DNA from: Balanoglossus misakiensis
Taxonomy: Eukaryota; Animalia; Hemichordata
Assembly (NCBI GenBank): GCA_040954595.2
Contig: CM082589.2
Location: 524,988 to 588,987, forward strand
Length of the DNA stretch: 64,000 nucleotides
Direction: 5' to 3'
This document shows, one piece after another, positions 29,601-44,107 of the stretch. Positions within the stretch are counted from its first letter, which is position 1; each line of letters opens with the position of its first letter. Position numbers and translations under genes: made by a program. The notes below the pieces were generated by a model. That model was not told the origin of the DNA and searched no databases. It worked only from the letters and a program-made list of their open reading frames with translations.

Positions 29601-32600
29601 ATAATTTAGACAGTTGTTTCCACACAAAACTTTAGATTTCATTGTCATGTTTGACTAAACACATTGTGGAGGTTAAGAATTCATACTTATGTGGTTGGCA
29701 AGTATACTTACTGTCGAAGTTGTTCTTCCCCATACGAGGAAGCAATTCTTTCCAATTGCTGCATAATCGATGTTGTATTCATCGACATCAGTAGGCTCAG
29801 GTCTGGATATGGTTGTGATACAGGATCACTTCTTAAAATGTTCCATATCATATCCACAAGTGGTCTGAAACTGTCATATTAAAAAAATCAACACTTGCTG
29901 TATTGTGTGAATGTGTGTTAATTTTCTTTTATATTTGAATCCACAACTTTTGATTTAACTTCAAGCAATGACTGGGTTTATACTTTCGTCAATTTCCACT
30001 AATACTCACCTTTGAACGTCATAGTTGAGAATATTCGCAAGAGATTCTATCACATTCTCCAGTTCCTGCATGCTATTCTGGATCCATTCATCGTTTTCCG
30101 GGAATTCAACTGGTCTCTGCATGGAGTGTTCCAGATTCTGCATCAGTTCCATCATGTTCATGAAGATATCTGTCCAACTAAATGGCATATCTTCATCTGT
30201 ACTGTTCAACTGTGAAAACAGACAACAGTTAACTCCAGAGTAAGTAAAACTTAACAACAGTCATGAAGCCATTTACTTCACCACATAGCTGTACCATCAT
30301 ATCAAAATAACCCACAACTTTATACTCATTTTACAATGTACCTGTGCCAGCAGGTCCTGCAATTTAAGGTCAGCTAGTAGTTCATTCATCCAGACAGACT
30401 GATCGACAGAGCAGATCGCGTACTGTATAGCGCTCATATTCACGTTGTCAGGGAGACCAAACAGGGCATCAAAAGCTGTGTCGTTGTTGCAGATCACTTC
30501 ATACCAATTTTGATAAGTCAACAACGCATATATCTACAAAGAGACAGAAAAATATTATTGAATTTATGCAACAAGACAGAATTAAATTATTGTATTTATG
30601 CCAATACAGAGATAACACCTTTCATCATTTAGATGCCATGTCTATCATACACATCAAAGATATATAAACCCATTCTACACTATTAAATACAATGTCATAC
30701 CTTGTCAGAATTGACGGCCGCCTCTTGAATGGCCTTTACCATTTCCGAGGGAAACTCTCCACTCTTTTCCAGATATTCAGCAATGCTTTCTGGGAAGAGG
30801 TCTCCAAATGTGATATTTGAACCTCCAGAAGAACAAGTTAGCATCATTTATTACATGAACACAAACAGCATTTTCCACAATTTATCTGACAGAAGTTGGA
30901 CCCATGCCATTACCAAACCCAAAGTAGTTGGGAAAACTGAAATATTAGGGATACAAATTGGTGTTTAGCTTTATACTTACCACGCATATCTTCGATGTTT
31001 TTATTCAAAAATTCTGCAAGCCAGTTAAACGTTATCAGTATCGGTCGTAGATCTTTCCAGACAACAGAATTCTGTATCATTTCCATGTTATCGTCCAACA
31101 TTTGGAAAGCCCTGCAAGTGTGTAAAAAATATTGGTATTTGAATATTTATTGTCGCTTATTATTTTCGAGGAACCACAGATCATATTTTAGAATATGTGG
31201 ATACGACAGTTAATTACAGCAGAAAGAAAACAGGTCTTACCCATAGAGATCCGTCATTGTCTCATTACTTGTCATTCTGTCTCCAAGTTTCATGAAGATA
31301 TTCGTAAATGCCACCATTGCCGTATCCAGCCACTCCTGGTCAACAACATTTGGGGGAGACAACATGAAAGCACTTATGGCATCTACCAGGTGGCCATTGT
31401 TAATGGCCCACTCCGTCCAATTGATGTTTGGAGACGGTGATTCCAGGATTGTCGTAATCTGCAGATGGTAGAAAGCAAATTTCAAAACATGATTTGCGAG
31501 GGAACATGATTGTGGTGAGCTTGAGCAACAAGAGATTAAAATGTGAAAACAATTGATAAAATGAAAATTATGCCATATTTAAGTTAGAACCCGTAGAACT
31601 ACCTCTTGCATTATCCGCTCAGCGTCTATCAACTCCATCATCTCTTGTCCAGCAACTGTCAAGTTGACACTGCATATGAAACGTTCCACTGCAGTCAGAT
31701 TGAATTCTGTGCCAGATGGTGCCATGAAGAACGTCTGGAATTCACCATTCTCACAGAGAGTGGTGAATGGTTCAGGAGTGAAGAGCAATGCAAAGAGCTG
31801 TGAGAATAGGAGATAGATGAGTTTGATTTGAATAATGTGTTTTGATATGATATGATAATTCCCTGTGTACTGGTTTATTCAAACATGTTAGAACATTCTT
31901 CCACACAGTGCCAAAATTGAAAATCTATGATTTGCATAGGTGAGGGTACACCATTATCTTGAGTACATATACATTTATATTAAAAATTGATTCACTTTAC
32001 CTTATCAGGATAGACGACCAAATTCATGAAGAAATCAGTCAAATCCGGCACAATGTTCGCCCCATTCAAGATCTCTCTAACTTCGTCTGCATCACCCAGC
32101 AAGTCATGTATCCTAGGAAACATGATTGCTTCATCTTCTGTGTTAATCAAAAAGAACATTTTGTATTGAGTAGATGTGGTAGGATTTGGTGTAGTTAAAA
32201 CAATTTCAAAGTGTGGGAAAAACATCAACACACTGAGAGAGCTTGACATGATGTTTGAATTAAAATTGTATTTCACTAAATCAGAAACACCATTTGGAGT
32301 TTTACTTACCAGAGATCCTCTTGAGTAATTTATTCATAGGATTCACGACGACGTTAGTTATTTGCATAATCTTCAAGGACTCTTGCCATAGAGGATTGTC
32401 ATGTAACAAATTGTCCAGAACGATCATGATATCTGAAAGACTGGAAATAATGTACAATGTTAAATTAGATGGACATGAATTCTTATAGCCACACACAAAT
32501 GAGTATCTATTGGTCACAAAACAAATGTTCAACTATATCCTAAAAATATGAAGTATGAACAGAGTAATGTATATAAATCAAGTCTAATCTAGCCTAGCCA

Positions 32601-35600
32601 CTTACCTTTCCAAACCTTGAAATACATTGATGGGGTCTAATATTGCTCCCATTGCTTCCTGGATGTTACTGCCGTCTAGGAGGAATTCTGGCAAGGATGG
32701 TAACACTGGTCTACTGAAATTTGCCAAGGCTTCCAACAGAACCATGTATTCCTGAATGTTGGCAGCGTATTCCTGCCAGCTGAAATCCACTATGCCGGAA
32801 TCTTCATTAGACTCCATGAACTGAGAAGGGAATATGGATATTTCATTATGATCACAAGTATTGGAAATACCATATGTGGTCTATCACTTTGTCACTGACA
32901 GTTGTGACCACTCCTTATATATTTGTGAGTAAGACGAAATTTCATCAATACCATCAAACATGAAGCAATGCATGAAATCGCTTTGGTATTCACATTTCAA
33001 ATCCCATGTCATTACCTCTCTCATTACATCTGCTATCTCATCATTGTTTAGTAAATCCTGCAGAAGAAAGTCACCATCCATTGGAAAACACAAGATCTTT
33101 GAAACACTTGTCAGATTCACTGTTGCAGGGAAAGTGAATGCTTGACTCAGCGCCTGTGGATCGCAGAGTGTGTTGTTCAGTTGTCCTCTCATAACCAATA
33201 ACACTAACTGTAAAATGACGAAGACAGAATGAAAGCTATGATTATCATGAAGTGCATATAATAGCCAACAGTAGATATCTCTTGCAATGCCGAGTCGCCT
33301 CATAAAAAGTGAAAAAGTGAAAACTCATAAAGACTTATATTACTTGGTAAGCAACCCATTGCTATGGCAATGAACCAAGTCTTGCAAGATCTCACAGTTT
33401 ATCTTACCTTCTGTGGAGTTGTCATCATAGTGAGTGTTGCTTGAATGACATCAGGAAGAAATGTAACAGATGTTTTGATGTAATCTGCAAAGAATGTAGT
33501 ATTCTTGAACATCCTGTCTAAGGTCAACCCTTCATCTGTAAAAAAATTCAATATATCAATTTAGAATAATTTACACCAAAGTACTAATGATAAGGATGTT
33601 ACACACGACAGATTTACATCATGGGAAAATATTTATCACACATTTTAAGGAGGACATACATGAACTGTACTTACCTAGAACTTGTCTAAGTTTAGTGTTT
33701 ATAAACTCCATGACAGCGTTGTTTGTTTGGAAGGATTTCAAGACACTGTTCCATTCTTCATTGTCAATCAACATGTTATCAATACTGTCCAGCATAAAAG
33801 CCATTGTATCAATATAGCTGTAATGTAGAATGATATGTTCATGTCAGTTATAGACAACAACGCCATACTAATCATTAGTTAATTGGTTGCTTGTCTTTGT
33901 ATACTTGCTTCTTGATTGGTTGATTGTTTCATGCATGATTGATTGATTGATTCAATGTATTACTTACTTATTGCTTATTGGCATATTTAACCTTGCAATC
34001 ATCTCTTGCAGATTAACATTCCAAATGGTGCCATTCATTAAAGATTGCGGCAGTGAGAGGAAGACAGGAAGATCTTGCAAATTCTGCAGTTCCATTGTTT
34101 TCGCTGCATATTCTTCAAGGGTCTTGATATAATCCAGCCACGAGAATGCACCAGGATTACTCAACTCTTCCATCTACATGGAAGAAAGAAGTAAAGTTAC
34201 ATACAGTTGTAAAAACTTTAACAAAGCATCCTCATGTGTGGACACAGCAATAACACACTTCTATTCAAAAGTTCAAAGAACCTAATTACTTACATGTAAA
34301 GGTTACTAAGGACTTAAAGAAAACTTTATTAACTTACACTTGCAAGTAATTGGGCAAAATCCCGGTTTCTCAATAGGTCATGCATGAAAGCATCTGTGTT
34401 GAAATTGCAGAGCAGACGTTGGATTTCTGTGATGTTAGCACTAAAACCAAACTCTTCTCTCAGATCATCAGCATCACAGAGTGTCTCATTCCAATCCCCT
34501 GTTATCAACTCTGACAGCTGTAATAAAATCAAGAATTAGTTCAATATGTGAATCTCGTGATGTCAATACCAATAGTGCCATTTTAAAGGTCTAAACTTCC
34601 ATTTTTGCTTCTTTTTATAAAATTTAAATGATGAAGCCCCCCCCCCCCCAATGATTTATTGTCATTCCCTCGATAAAGTGTTTATCATACCTTTTCTGGT
34701 TGTGTGACAACAGTGAAGAATAAATCAACTAAGTCTGGAAGAGCTTCTGCTGTCTTCTGCATCAACTCGATGTACAGGGTGGCGTTCTCGAAGAGACCAT
34801 CCAATGATAAACCATTCTCTACAATAAGTTGAAAAACATGATCAGGTGAATGTTTAAATGAATGAATTGTTATTACTTTTAGTGCAACATGAGTAAAACA
34901 TTCAGACCAAAAGAAAAACACGTGACAAATGGAAAAATCCATACAGATTTAAAGGTAAGTAATGATAAATGCCATACTTACCCATGATATCATCTAGTTT
35001 AGCATTTACAAATTTGTAAATAATATTGTTCATTTGCATGTTGCTTTTCAAACTGTTCCACATCGTGTTGTTCTGCCACATGATGTCCAGAACATTCAGG
35101 AGAGTATTAAGTTGTTCAAACCATCTACAGAAGTGAATAAATGGGAAAATGGTTTTAATAATAACAATTATATTTACGAATGAGAGTGTCTTGAAAGATG
35201 TTTCAAGGGGTCACGTCTTGTGTGTGTCAAATCTTATCATCTGAAATGTTGTTAAATGAAGAAATAAAATGTTGATTATCAATAACTTACGCCGTTGTTG
35301 TGGGCATCTGCAGTCTGGCTAGAATCTGTGGAAGTACCGTGTTCAACAAGGTTTCGTTCAATTCTAGTAACGATGGAAAGATTGGTAAGTTGATACTCTG
35401 TAACTCCTCCAATCTTGTTGCATACTCCTGGATGGTTCGGATGAAATCCAACCAATCGATTTCAACTTCCCCAGATGCATTTCCTAACAGTTGATTAATC
35501 TTAGAAGTAACAAAATAACATCATTGTTTTAGTTGCAATAGTCATGTGCTTTTCCTTTCAATCTCTGAGTTCATAACAAAAGCTTTATGCAAACTCTTCT

Positions 35601-38600
35601 ACAACCTCTGATGGTTCAATGTTGATATTATGATCAATATCACAGTCCAAGTTCCTGCGAAATCACTGAAAACTTAAAAGTAAAACATGTAGATTCCACT
35701 CACTCAAGCGATCAATCAATTGATCAAACAATTATCCTCATTGTGCCAAAAGTTCTTACCTGATCTAAGAGTTCAGCAACATCCCCAATCTGCATGAGGT
35801 CATTCATATAATCGTTGTTGACAGACTCACATAGCAGACTCAGTAATGCTGTTACGTTAGCAGAGGCCGGGAAATTGAAGGTTTCCTTCAATTGATCCGG
35901 ATCACACAGGGTTTCATTCCCATTTACTGACATTGCAATAATCTCCATGAGCTAAAAGAAAAAGGATTCTTTCATTACTAATTGTTTGTTTGTATAACAG
36001 AAGCTTCAGAACTTCAGTTTACTCCTTAAAACACACTATATCCAGGAAACCTGGCCTATTCAGATTGCGTCAAACTTTTATCTCGATAAAATACCATCAT
36101 TTCATATCATTTACCTTTTGTGGCTGGGTTATGAGAGCCAGTGAGGCTTCCATCATGTCAGGCAGGGAATCGGCTAATTGCTGGAACAGTTCAATGTACA
36201 TAGTCCCATTCTCGTACAACGAATCCAGAGTCAAACCATTTTCTGTGAATACAATTGAGAATAATATAAGCCTAGTTTGTGTGATCCCACCAAAAGCTCG
36301 TCATTTACACTATCAATTCTGGAGAAAGCCAGTAAAACACTTGTTGGGCGACCTACCAGTGATTTCTTCTAGCCTTCCATTTATATATTTCAAAATGTAA
36401 TAATTCATGTGAATGTTGTTCTTGATTTCATTCCAAGGTTCAGTGTCTGGCAACATGCTGGCAACTATTCCAATGTTTTCAGCGAGAAGCTGGAACAAAC
36501 TGGTGAAAGTAATAAAAGGTAGAATACATTACAGGCTGAAGACATGATGATGCTTGAGGCAGGATCATTTAAAACATTTATGTTTCTCTGATAAAACACA
36601 CGAGATATAAACAATGGTGAACACATACTCATCATTACTGCCAGGCATTTGTAGACGACTCAACATCCGAGCCATCAAAATATTCCAAGACGTTCCATTG
36701 ATAGTAATTTCTTGCAATGATGGAAACAGTGGGGCATTGTAGTTTTGCAACACGTCCAACAGCAGTGCGTAATCTTCCATTGTTCTGAAGAAGTCCATCC
36801 AGTCTATTTCAATGGGTGCTGATGAGTTGCCAAGGAGATGAGTGATCTTTTCAAGGGAAAAATACAAAGCATATGGATGTTACCATAGATCTCATGTTGA
36901 GTGATCTGGCATTTGAATAATTTGGTACCAAATGAGAAGTTCCTGGTTTCTTTTCCATGAATGTATTCTACTTAATATTACCTGACCAATAAGTTCCGCC
37001 ATATCTTGGTTCTGGAGAAGTTCAGCCATGATCTCTTCATAGGATGTTTTGCAGAGAATTCTCTGTATAGACATTATGTCTGCATCTTCTGTTAAATTGA
37101 AAACTTCCTTCAGTATTTTCGGATCGCAGAGAGTAGTGTTCCAATCTTCAGACAAGGCCAATTGAATGATCTAAAAAGAATGACAAATGATTTATTTGTT
37201 CAGCAGACATAGACAATATGGGAAATATTCCATGATACAAACAGATGATTTTAAAACTGTTACCTTTTCTGGTTGAGTGCCCATTGCTAGCGATGCTTCA
37301 ATCAAATCAGGTAAGAATTCAGCAGATTTTTGGATCAATTCGATGTACTCAGTTGCATTCAGGTAAAACGAATCCAGTTTCAACCCGGTGTCTACAGAGA
37401 TAAGCAAAATATAATATAATCACACAAGCGTTGAATGCATTTCAGCTATTACCTTGCTTTAATTCTGAAGTCATGCTTTGAAATCTTTCAGAATTACTCT
37501 AATTAATGATGAGCTCAGAAAACCATCTGACAATTTACTATCTTTCTGAAAATATTATGAAAATCGTCCACAACAACAAAAGACAAAAACTATTCCACTT
37601 ACCCATAGCTTCATCCAGTCTACCACTGATGTATTTGATAATGAAGTAATACATTCCAGCTTGGCTTTTCACTTCATTCCATGCGTCGTCGTTTCCAAAC
37701 ATGGTGTCCAAAATTGCAAGGTTACGACCAACAAGATCCAACCAACTAAACAAAGGTAAAAAGACAATACAGTCATGATACAGGCAAATTTTTCAAATTT
37801 AAGATTTCACACAAACTGGTGAACAGCAAAGAAGTAACTCTCAAAAAGCTTCTATTATTAAACAGTACCATTCAGAAAAGCACTCTTTTTAGCAAACCAT
37901 GTATTTTTAAACTCACATGTTAGTATCAGGCATGTCCAACATTACAAGTACTTCTTTGATCTTATCTTCCCAGAAAGTTCCATTCGTGATGAACGGAGGA
38001 AGTGATTGGAAGAGTGACAAAGAATTGTTTTGCATCATTCCAAGTCGTACAGCAGTTTCCTCTATTGTTCTGAAGTAACTGGTCCAGTCGACGTCGATTG
38101 GACTAGAATCGTTCCCGACCATGTATCCAATCTGTCAGACAAATTGAAATGTAGCTGTTATTCTTGTTCTCCGTCATTGCAAGCTATTTGATTATATTTA
38201 CCATATCTATAATTAAACTTCATTTCAATTTTGGGATGAGACAAGAATTTGCAAGTACCTGATTCAAGATATCAGACAAGTCTTCATCACTTGCCAACTG
38301 CTTAATAATATCTTCAACATTTGCGTTGCATAATAAATTCTGAAGCATCATGATTTCAGCAGTTTCAGGGAAGTCAAACATTTCCTTCAAGATGTCTGGA
38401 TGGCAGAGTGTTTCATTGATGGCGGCAGACGATATAAACTGCATTACCTGGAAGAATATTGCAAAATAATCATTACAGTATTACCATGTAGTTATCTCAT
38501 CAGTTACATTTCTGATTAAAAAATCAACAGCTCAACAACTTTTTAAAGAAAAATGGAAGTGAAATTTAAGACAAGGTGTTTCACAAACATAAAAAGGCAA

Positions 38601-41600
38601 AATAGTTAAAATACCTTTTCTGGTTGTGTCAATATTACCATTGATGCGTCAATAAGGTTCGGTAGCTGATTGGTTGATTCCAGCAACATTTCCGCATACA
38701 TGGTGGTATTCTTGTACAATGAATCAAGTGTCATGCCATTCTCTGCCAAACAAAAACAAGAGATGTTTAGATTAAGTGAAGATATTCAACGTCTCTTAGA
38801 ATATATGTTATATTTATTGTTAGTCACACTGCAAGAACACATGTCTGCATTAGCTTGATTCATTCTAAAACTCACCTATAATATATTCCAGTCTATTGTT
38901 GACGTATTTGTAGACATGATTGTAAAGACTGATAATCTGCTTAATATCATTCCATGCTGTGTTGTTTCTCCATGCGTTTTCAACCATCGCCATATTGTCA
39001 GCAAGCACGTCCAACCAACTGACAAAAAAAAAGTGTGTTTAGGAAGTGATAATTAAAATGAGTCTATAGGAAGCTCACATATTTCTTGACAACAGTTGAC
39101 CATTTTAACCACCATACTGTCAAACTGAAACATTTATATTATTCAAAACGAGTCCATAAAACACAAAGAGAAACTTCTCAGTGGAATTAAACCCTAAAAT
39201 TGTTAATTCTTCATGTCAATAATTTACTTTAAAAAGCAAATCAGAATAATACTTACTCATTTGTTTCAGACATTTGTAGATTTCTCAGTATCTGAGAGAT
39301 TTTAATATCCCAAAATGTTTCATTAACAGAAAATGTCTGTAGGGAAGGGTACAGTGGCCCATTGAAATCTTCTAACTGCCCAAGCTTCGTTGCATATTCC
39401 TCTAATGTGCTGAAGAAATCAAACCAGTCGATTTCAACTGGTTTAGAGGTATTTGTCTGACTTCCAAGCTGAAAGACGAAATGGAATCATTAAGTAAGTC
39501 CATCTGAAAGAAACATGTTCTAAACAGCAGTTTCATATGAGATTCCCAAATGTCTGTTATGACCAGACAAAATTACCGGTAAATATTTTGAAAGAAATCA
39601 GAAGTAACTATCAGACATGTTATAATTGCCATCAAGAGTTGTCGCTATTCTTCTATTACATATATCTTACCTGGTTAAGTAGTTCTGTTATGTCTCTGCT
39701 CATCAAGACATCATCCATAAGATCTTCTGGACTGGTACTGCATAGTATTCTTTGGATTGATGTTATGTGGGATGTGTTGGGAAGACCAAAAATGTCCCGT
39801 ATCTTTTCCGGATCACACAGCGTTTCATTCCAGTCACTAGACGTTACAAGGTCAATTATCTAGGATAATGAAACAAAATCATAATGTATACAGGTTTATT
39901 GCTCGCTCGCTCGCTCACTCCACTCCCACCCTCCAATCCCCTCCCACATTGTCAATCATTCAGTCAGTTAGGTATGTATATGTAGGTAGATAAGTAAATG
40001 AACGAACAGTGTTTAGATTACCTTTTCCGGTTGTGAAATGAGTGTCAAAAACGCATCAATCAGATCCGGAAGCTGCTCTGCCGATTGCTGGATCACTTCC
40101 ATGTACAAAGTCAAATTCCCGAAAGTTGGTTCCAATGTCAATCCATTTTCTAAAGAAGAAGTGGGCGTGGTAAGTGAACAATTTCTGTCTTGTTGATCTT
40201 CAGTGTAATGTATTAATCATGAATAAAGGTGATAAAAATTGGCGTTAGACACACTTCTTGTTTCTTACTCACCTATGATGTCATCAAGCCTATCATTTGC
40301 ATATTGGTAGAAATGAAGATACGTTTTCAGATTTCCTTTGATTTCATTCCATATTGAATTGTTTCCCATCAAGCTGTCAATCAGTTCACTGTTTTGCGCC
40401 AAAAGATCATTCCAGCTGAAAACAGAAAAAGGGGGAAAAAAAAACACTGACAAGTTACACATGCTGTAGCTCACTCAAGCATCATTTTAAAACAATGTTC
40501 TTCTCTATCTTTTCCCATCATGTGACAGAGTAAATGCCAAGACACAAATAACTGTCAATAAACGGAATGGAAGAACGAGTACTAACCTGTTTGTTTCCGG
40601 CATCACCAATCTACCCAACATTTCCTGGATCTTTGCTTCCCATACAGTTGCATTCATGAGCGACTGTGACAAAGTTGGGAATATTGGAGCAGTTAAACTC
40701 TGCAATCTCTCAAGATTGGCGGAATATTCTTCCACTGTTCTGAAGAAATCCAACCAGTCCACTTCAACTGACTGTGAAGCATTCATCAAGTGGAAAATCT
40801 AGAAGGAATAAAAAGGGTACACATTTTTACACAAGTATCACAAAACTGTACCATAGTTAGCAACATATCTACATTTAATTGATTAATTAAAAACCCCACA
40901 AAGTGTCAGGAAATCTTTTATATTCATAAACTATATTTTCTAGACTGAACATCGAATATCGTATTAGATATCCTTACCTGAGCTACAAGTTCTGCAATAT
41001 TTCTGTTCTTCAACAGATCAGACATGAAGTCATCTTGGCTACTATTGCACAAAATTTGTTGTATGGAGATGACATGTGTTGTATCAGGGAGATCAAATGC
41101 ATCCTGTAGGTGTTCTGCATCACAGAGAATTTCATTCCAATCCGAGGCCATAAGAATGCTGATCATCTACAAGAAATATAATTTAAACAACATGATACAA
41201 AGTGCTGACATATATTTTGAAATGCTGAGAAATACAAGCTCTGAATTGGGGATATGTGATATTTAGACAATTGAAACGAAGTTGTACCTTCTCTGGTTGT
41301 GTAATAAAAGTCATTGACGCATCGATCAGATTAGGTAGAAGCTCGGCAGACGTATGGATCAGTTCCAGGATCATTGTCGCATTGTCAATCAATTCCAACG
41401 TCAATCCATTTTCTGAAATAAAATGATGGAAATCTCAGTTAAGAGAGATACATGTAACATTGTTGTTGAGATTAGTATGGTACTTGTGCCTGACAGGTAT
41501 GACAGTTCGAAAATAAGAAAGTTATAAATTATGTTATGTACCTATTTCAAGATTGTAATAAATATATATGTACCTATTGTATCTTCCATTCTCGCATTGA

Positions 41601-44074
41601 CATACTTGTATATGTGATGATACATATTGATCGTGGTCTTCACAGAATTCCATGCAGCATTATCGTCCAACATGTTTTCAACCAAATCAGTACTTCTCAT
41701 CAACATATTCATCCACCTGTAATAAATTGTAAAATTAATCCTCAGTGCCAACAAGTTTCGGCCGTTTGCATGTTACATTGATCAGATCAGTAGTACATGG
41801 GAAAGATAGGTCCCATTAAAAACAATGATGTAAATGGAAAAAATAGTATGTGTGACATTAAAATGAATATTACTCACTCTGCTGTGTCTGATACATCCAA
41901 CTGTGCCAGTATACTTTTCAATTTCAAATCCCAAAATGTAGAATTTGTGATGAAATCAGGCAGTGATGGGTAGATTGGTCCATCAAAGTCTTGTAATCTT
42001 TCCAAGTTCATTACATACTCTTCAAATGTACGGAAGAAGTCCAGCCAATCGATTTCCACGGATTCAGAGGCGTTCTTGTACAAGTCTTCCAACTGAAGGA
42101 AAGAAAAGAGAAAAGAAATGTTCAGCGATAACACAAGAATCCACCAACCTACTAAGGGCATTTATACTCTATGAGTTGTATAGAAGAACGATCATTCAAG
42201 GCATTGCACCATTTCGTAAAATCTTACCTGGCCAACAAGTTCAGCCATATATCTGTTCTTCAACAGATCATTCATGAAATCATCCGCAGATGAAGTGCAA
42301 AGAATTCTTTGTATAGAACCAACATCAGATGTATCAGGCAGATTGAGTGCCTCCCTCAACTGGTCTTCATCACATAGTGTCTCATTCCAGTTCCCAGACT
42401 GTAGAATGCCAAGCATCTTGTGGAAAAGAATTAAAAGATATAAGATACTTATATCTAGAAGCAGGTTGCAACTGGTCCAATAATGTATTCACAAAAGGAC
42501 AAAACGTGGTTTAGCTGATGATGAACAAACTTTATATCAAGACAACTGTGATTCACAATGCTTTTCCGAAGATGATATTATCAAAACATGCACCATGCAT
42601 AAAATATTGAATTCATACCTCCTGTGGTTGCATCATGAATGACATTGAAGCATCGATCAAACCTGGAAGTAGTTCTATCGATTTGTGAATCAGTTCCGTA
42701 TACAAAGTTGCATTCTCATAAAACAAGTCCATCGTCAAACCATTTTCTGCCATGAAAAGAAAATATTCAGTTGAGTCAATAATCCTGGAGTATTCTTTTA
42801 TAACACAAATGCACTCACAGCACCCAAAGAAAAATGTCTGTTCATCATAAATGGTTACACAACAAATTATTTAACTTTAGCTTTACAATTTACATCAATC
42901 AACTCTCTCTCCTCTCTCTCTCTCCTATATATGCCATACTTACCCAAAACTTCAGCCATACGCCCATTGATGTATTTGTAGACGTAGTAATACATCTTCA
43001 GATTCAACTTGATTTCATTCCAAGCTGCATTATCACCCATAATGCTTTCTCCCATCACCATGTTTCCAGCGACAAGCTCCAGCCAACTAAAAGGAAGTTG
43101 GGTAGTGATTGAAATTAATAATCACGTGAGGTTTTAATACTGAAAAAGGGGGAGCTGAGTTCAGCAAGATAAAATACTTACTTCAATGAATCCTGCATGG
43201 GAAGGTTTCCGAGCACATTTTCCATCCTAGAATTCCAGAATGTACCGTTGAAAAGTTCCAATAATGGCAAAGATGGAAAGATGGGACCACTGAAGTTCCC
43301 AAACATCTGCAGCTTCATGTTGTTTTCAACCAAAGTTCTGAAGAAGTCTAACCAGTCAATGTCAACAGGTTCAGAGTCATTCCTGAAGAGTTGGTTGATC
43401 TGTAATGAAATGGAAATATTGATGTTATGAAGCAATTTTATCAAGTATGATATCCACTGAATCAGATTAACATACTGGTATTCATAGATCTCTTACCTGC
43501 TCGTAAAGTTCAGCAATATTTCTATTCTCGACGAGATCATTCATGAGACTTTCCATGGAGGAATTACAAAATATTCTTTGCACTGATTCAATTTCCGATG
43601 CGTCTTCCAAATCTAAGAATTCTTTCAACTGGTTGGAATCACACAGAATGTCATTCCAGTTTTCCGCCATTACAATTTCCATCATCTAGGGAAGATAACA
43701 TGTTAATGATTTAGTAGTGAGAAATTATGGATATGAAACGAGTGAAGAAAGATAACTTGTTCTCAGCACACATTGTACACACCTTCTGAGGATTTGATAT
43801 TATCGTAAACGATGCATCGATGAGATCAGGCAGAATCTCGGCTGATTTCTGGATGAGTTCAATATAGACGGTTGAATTTTCAAGCAGTGAATCCATCGTC
43901 AACCCATTTTCTGAAAGAAAATACACAAGAATATCAACTGATGCACTGGAAGGAGACTTTTTAGAATGATGATCACCACCAATGACATGCAGTTTCTTCA
44001 TCATAGGCGTATCTTATTTGGCTCAACATTTACAAAACGATTTGTGAAATTCAATGAATTTTATGAGATTACAA

Positions 44075-44107
<33 letters not shown>

